From Squalus acanthias (taxonomy: Eukaryota): a stretch of DNA of 64,000 bases. Shown piece after piece: positions 62,685-64,000 of this stretch. Positions within the stretch are counted from its first letter, which is position 1, and every line of letters begins with the position of its first letter. The notes beneath the pieces are model-generated. The model had not been told where the DNA came from. It searched no databases and was given only the letters and a program-made list of their open reading frames with translations. Location: the NCBI GenBank assembly GCA_030390025.1, contig JASTWF010000356.1, forward strand, positions 124,001-188,000. The letters are read 5' to 3'. Made by a program: the position numbers and the translations under genes.

Positions 62685-63945
62685 CATAGAAGCACAAGAG
62701 CATAAAATATTGGAGCAGGAGTAGGCCATTCGGCCAGTCGAGCCTGCTCCGCCATTTAATGAGATCATGGTTGATCATCCAAATTCAGTACCCTGTCCCT
62801 GCTTTCTCCCCATATCCGTTAAACCCTTTAGCCTTAAGAAATATATGTGTCTCCTTCTTGAATATATTTAAGGAATTGGCCTCAACTGCCTTCTGTGGTA
62901 GAGAGTTTCACAGGTTCACCACTCTCTGGGTGAAGAAATTCCTCCTCATCTCAGTCCTAAGTGGCTTACCCCTTATTCTTAGACTGTGACCTCTGGTTCT
63001 GGACTCACCCGTCCTCGGGAACATCCTTCCTGCATCTAGTCTGTTTAGTCCTTTTAGAATTTTATAAGTTTCAATGAGATCACCTTTCATTCTTCTAAAC
63101 TCTAGCGAATACAAGCCCAATCGACACAATCTCTTTCATAGGTCATTCCTGCCATCCCAGGTATCAGTTTGGTGAATCTTCGCTGCATTCCCTTCATGGC
63201 AAGAACATCCTTCCTCACATAAGGCGACCAAAACTGCACACAATAATCAAGGTGTAGTCTCAGAAATGCCCTGTATAACTGCAGCAAGACATCCTTGCTC
63301 CTGTACTCGAATCATCTCGCTATGAAGGCCAAGATACCATTTGTCTTCTTAACTGCCTGCTGCACCTGCATGCTTACCTTCAGTGACTGGTGCACAAGGA
63401 CACCCAGATCTCGTTGCACTTCCCCTTTTCCCAATTTATTGCCGTTCAGATAATAATCTGCCTTCCTGTTTTTGCCACCAAAGTGGATAACCTCTCATTT
63501 ATCCACATTATACTGCATCTGCCAGGCATCTACCCAATCACTCAAACTGTCGAAATCATACTGGAGTTTCTCTGCATCCTCCTCACAGCACACAGGCCCA
63601 ATCAGCTTTGTGTCGTCTGCAAACTTGGACATATTACATCTAGTTCCCTCGTCTAGATCATGAATACATATTGTGAATAACTGGGGTCCCAGCACCGATC
63701 CCTGCGGTACCCCACTAGTCACTGCCTGCCACTCGGAAAAAGACCCATTTATACCAATCTTTGCTTCCTGTCTGCCAACCAGTTCTCTATCCTAGTCAGT
63801 ACCTTCCCCCAACCCCATGTGCTTTAAATTTGCACGCTAATCTCTTATGCGGGACCTTATCGAAAGCCTTCTGTAAGTCCAACTACACCACATCCACTGG
63901 TTCTCCATTATCTATTCTACCAGTTGCATCCTCAAAAGATTCCAG
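62685..63945 (-). mobile_element. 5'-truncated CR1 LINE (same family as 29600-31020 and 62130-62680)
   Basis: [36 protein letters not shown]. Confidence 0.92.
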
Positions 63946-64000
63946 CGGACTGCAGCAATGCAATGGGGGAAGGGAAGCTCGGGGATCATCTCCGCGGGTG

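Noticed and set aside
62130..63730. Large inverted repeat
   Set aside because: Two diverged copies of an abundant CR1 family in opposite orientation, not a distinct structure

Overview
Repeat-dense vertebrate DNA. The mix of CR1, L2, RTE and Penelope elements plus a GPR139-like gene points to a cartilaginous fish (inference). The main feature is a ~15.4-kb minus-strand provirus (11773-27166) with two LTRs, a tRNA-Arg PBS and a PPT. Its coiled-coil gag has a zinc knuckle and runs in frame into pol through a UGA (protease, RT, degenerate RNase H tether, second RNase H, integrase). Its env has its own splice acceptor. Removing a Penelope insertion (12-bp TSD) and a 4-bp duplication reconstructs a ~782-aa Env: signal peptide, immunoglobulin-like domain, Pro/Thr linker, a class I fusion module resembling paramyxo/pneumo/baculovirus F, and a TM segment. 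This looks like a lokiretrovirus-like ERV with an apparently unusual Ig-domain Env. The window also holds an intact two-exon GPR139-like GPCR (22-kb intron), a 1.68-kb near-perfect Penelope palindrome with TSD, several minimal hammerhead ribozyme motifs in Penelope termini, a tRNA-Lys-derived pseudogene, TIR MITEs, minisatellites and many nested, decayed LINEs. All calls were read by eye; no searches were run and many repeat boundaries are approximate.
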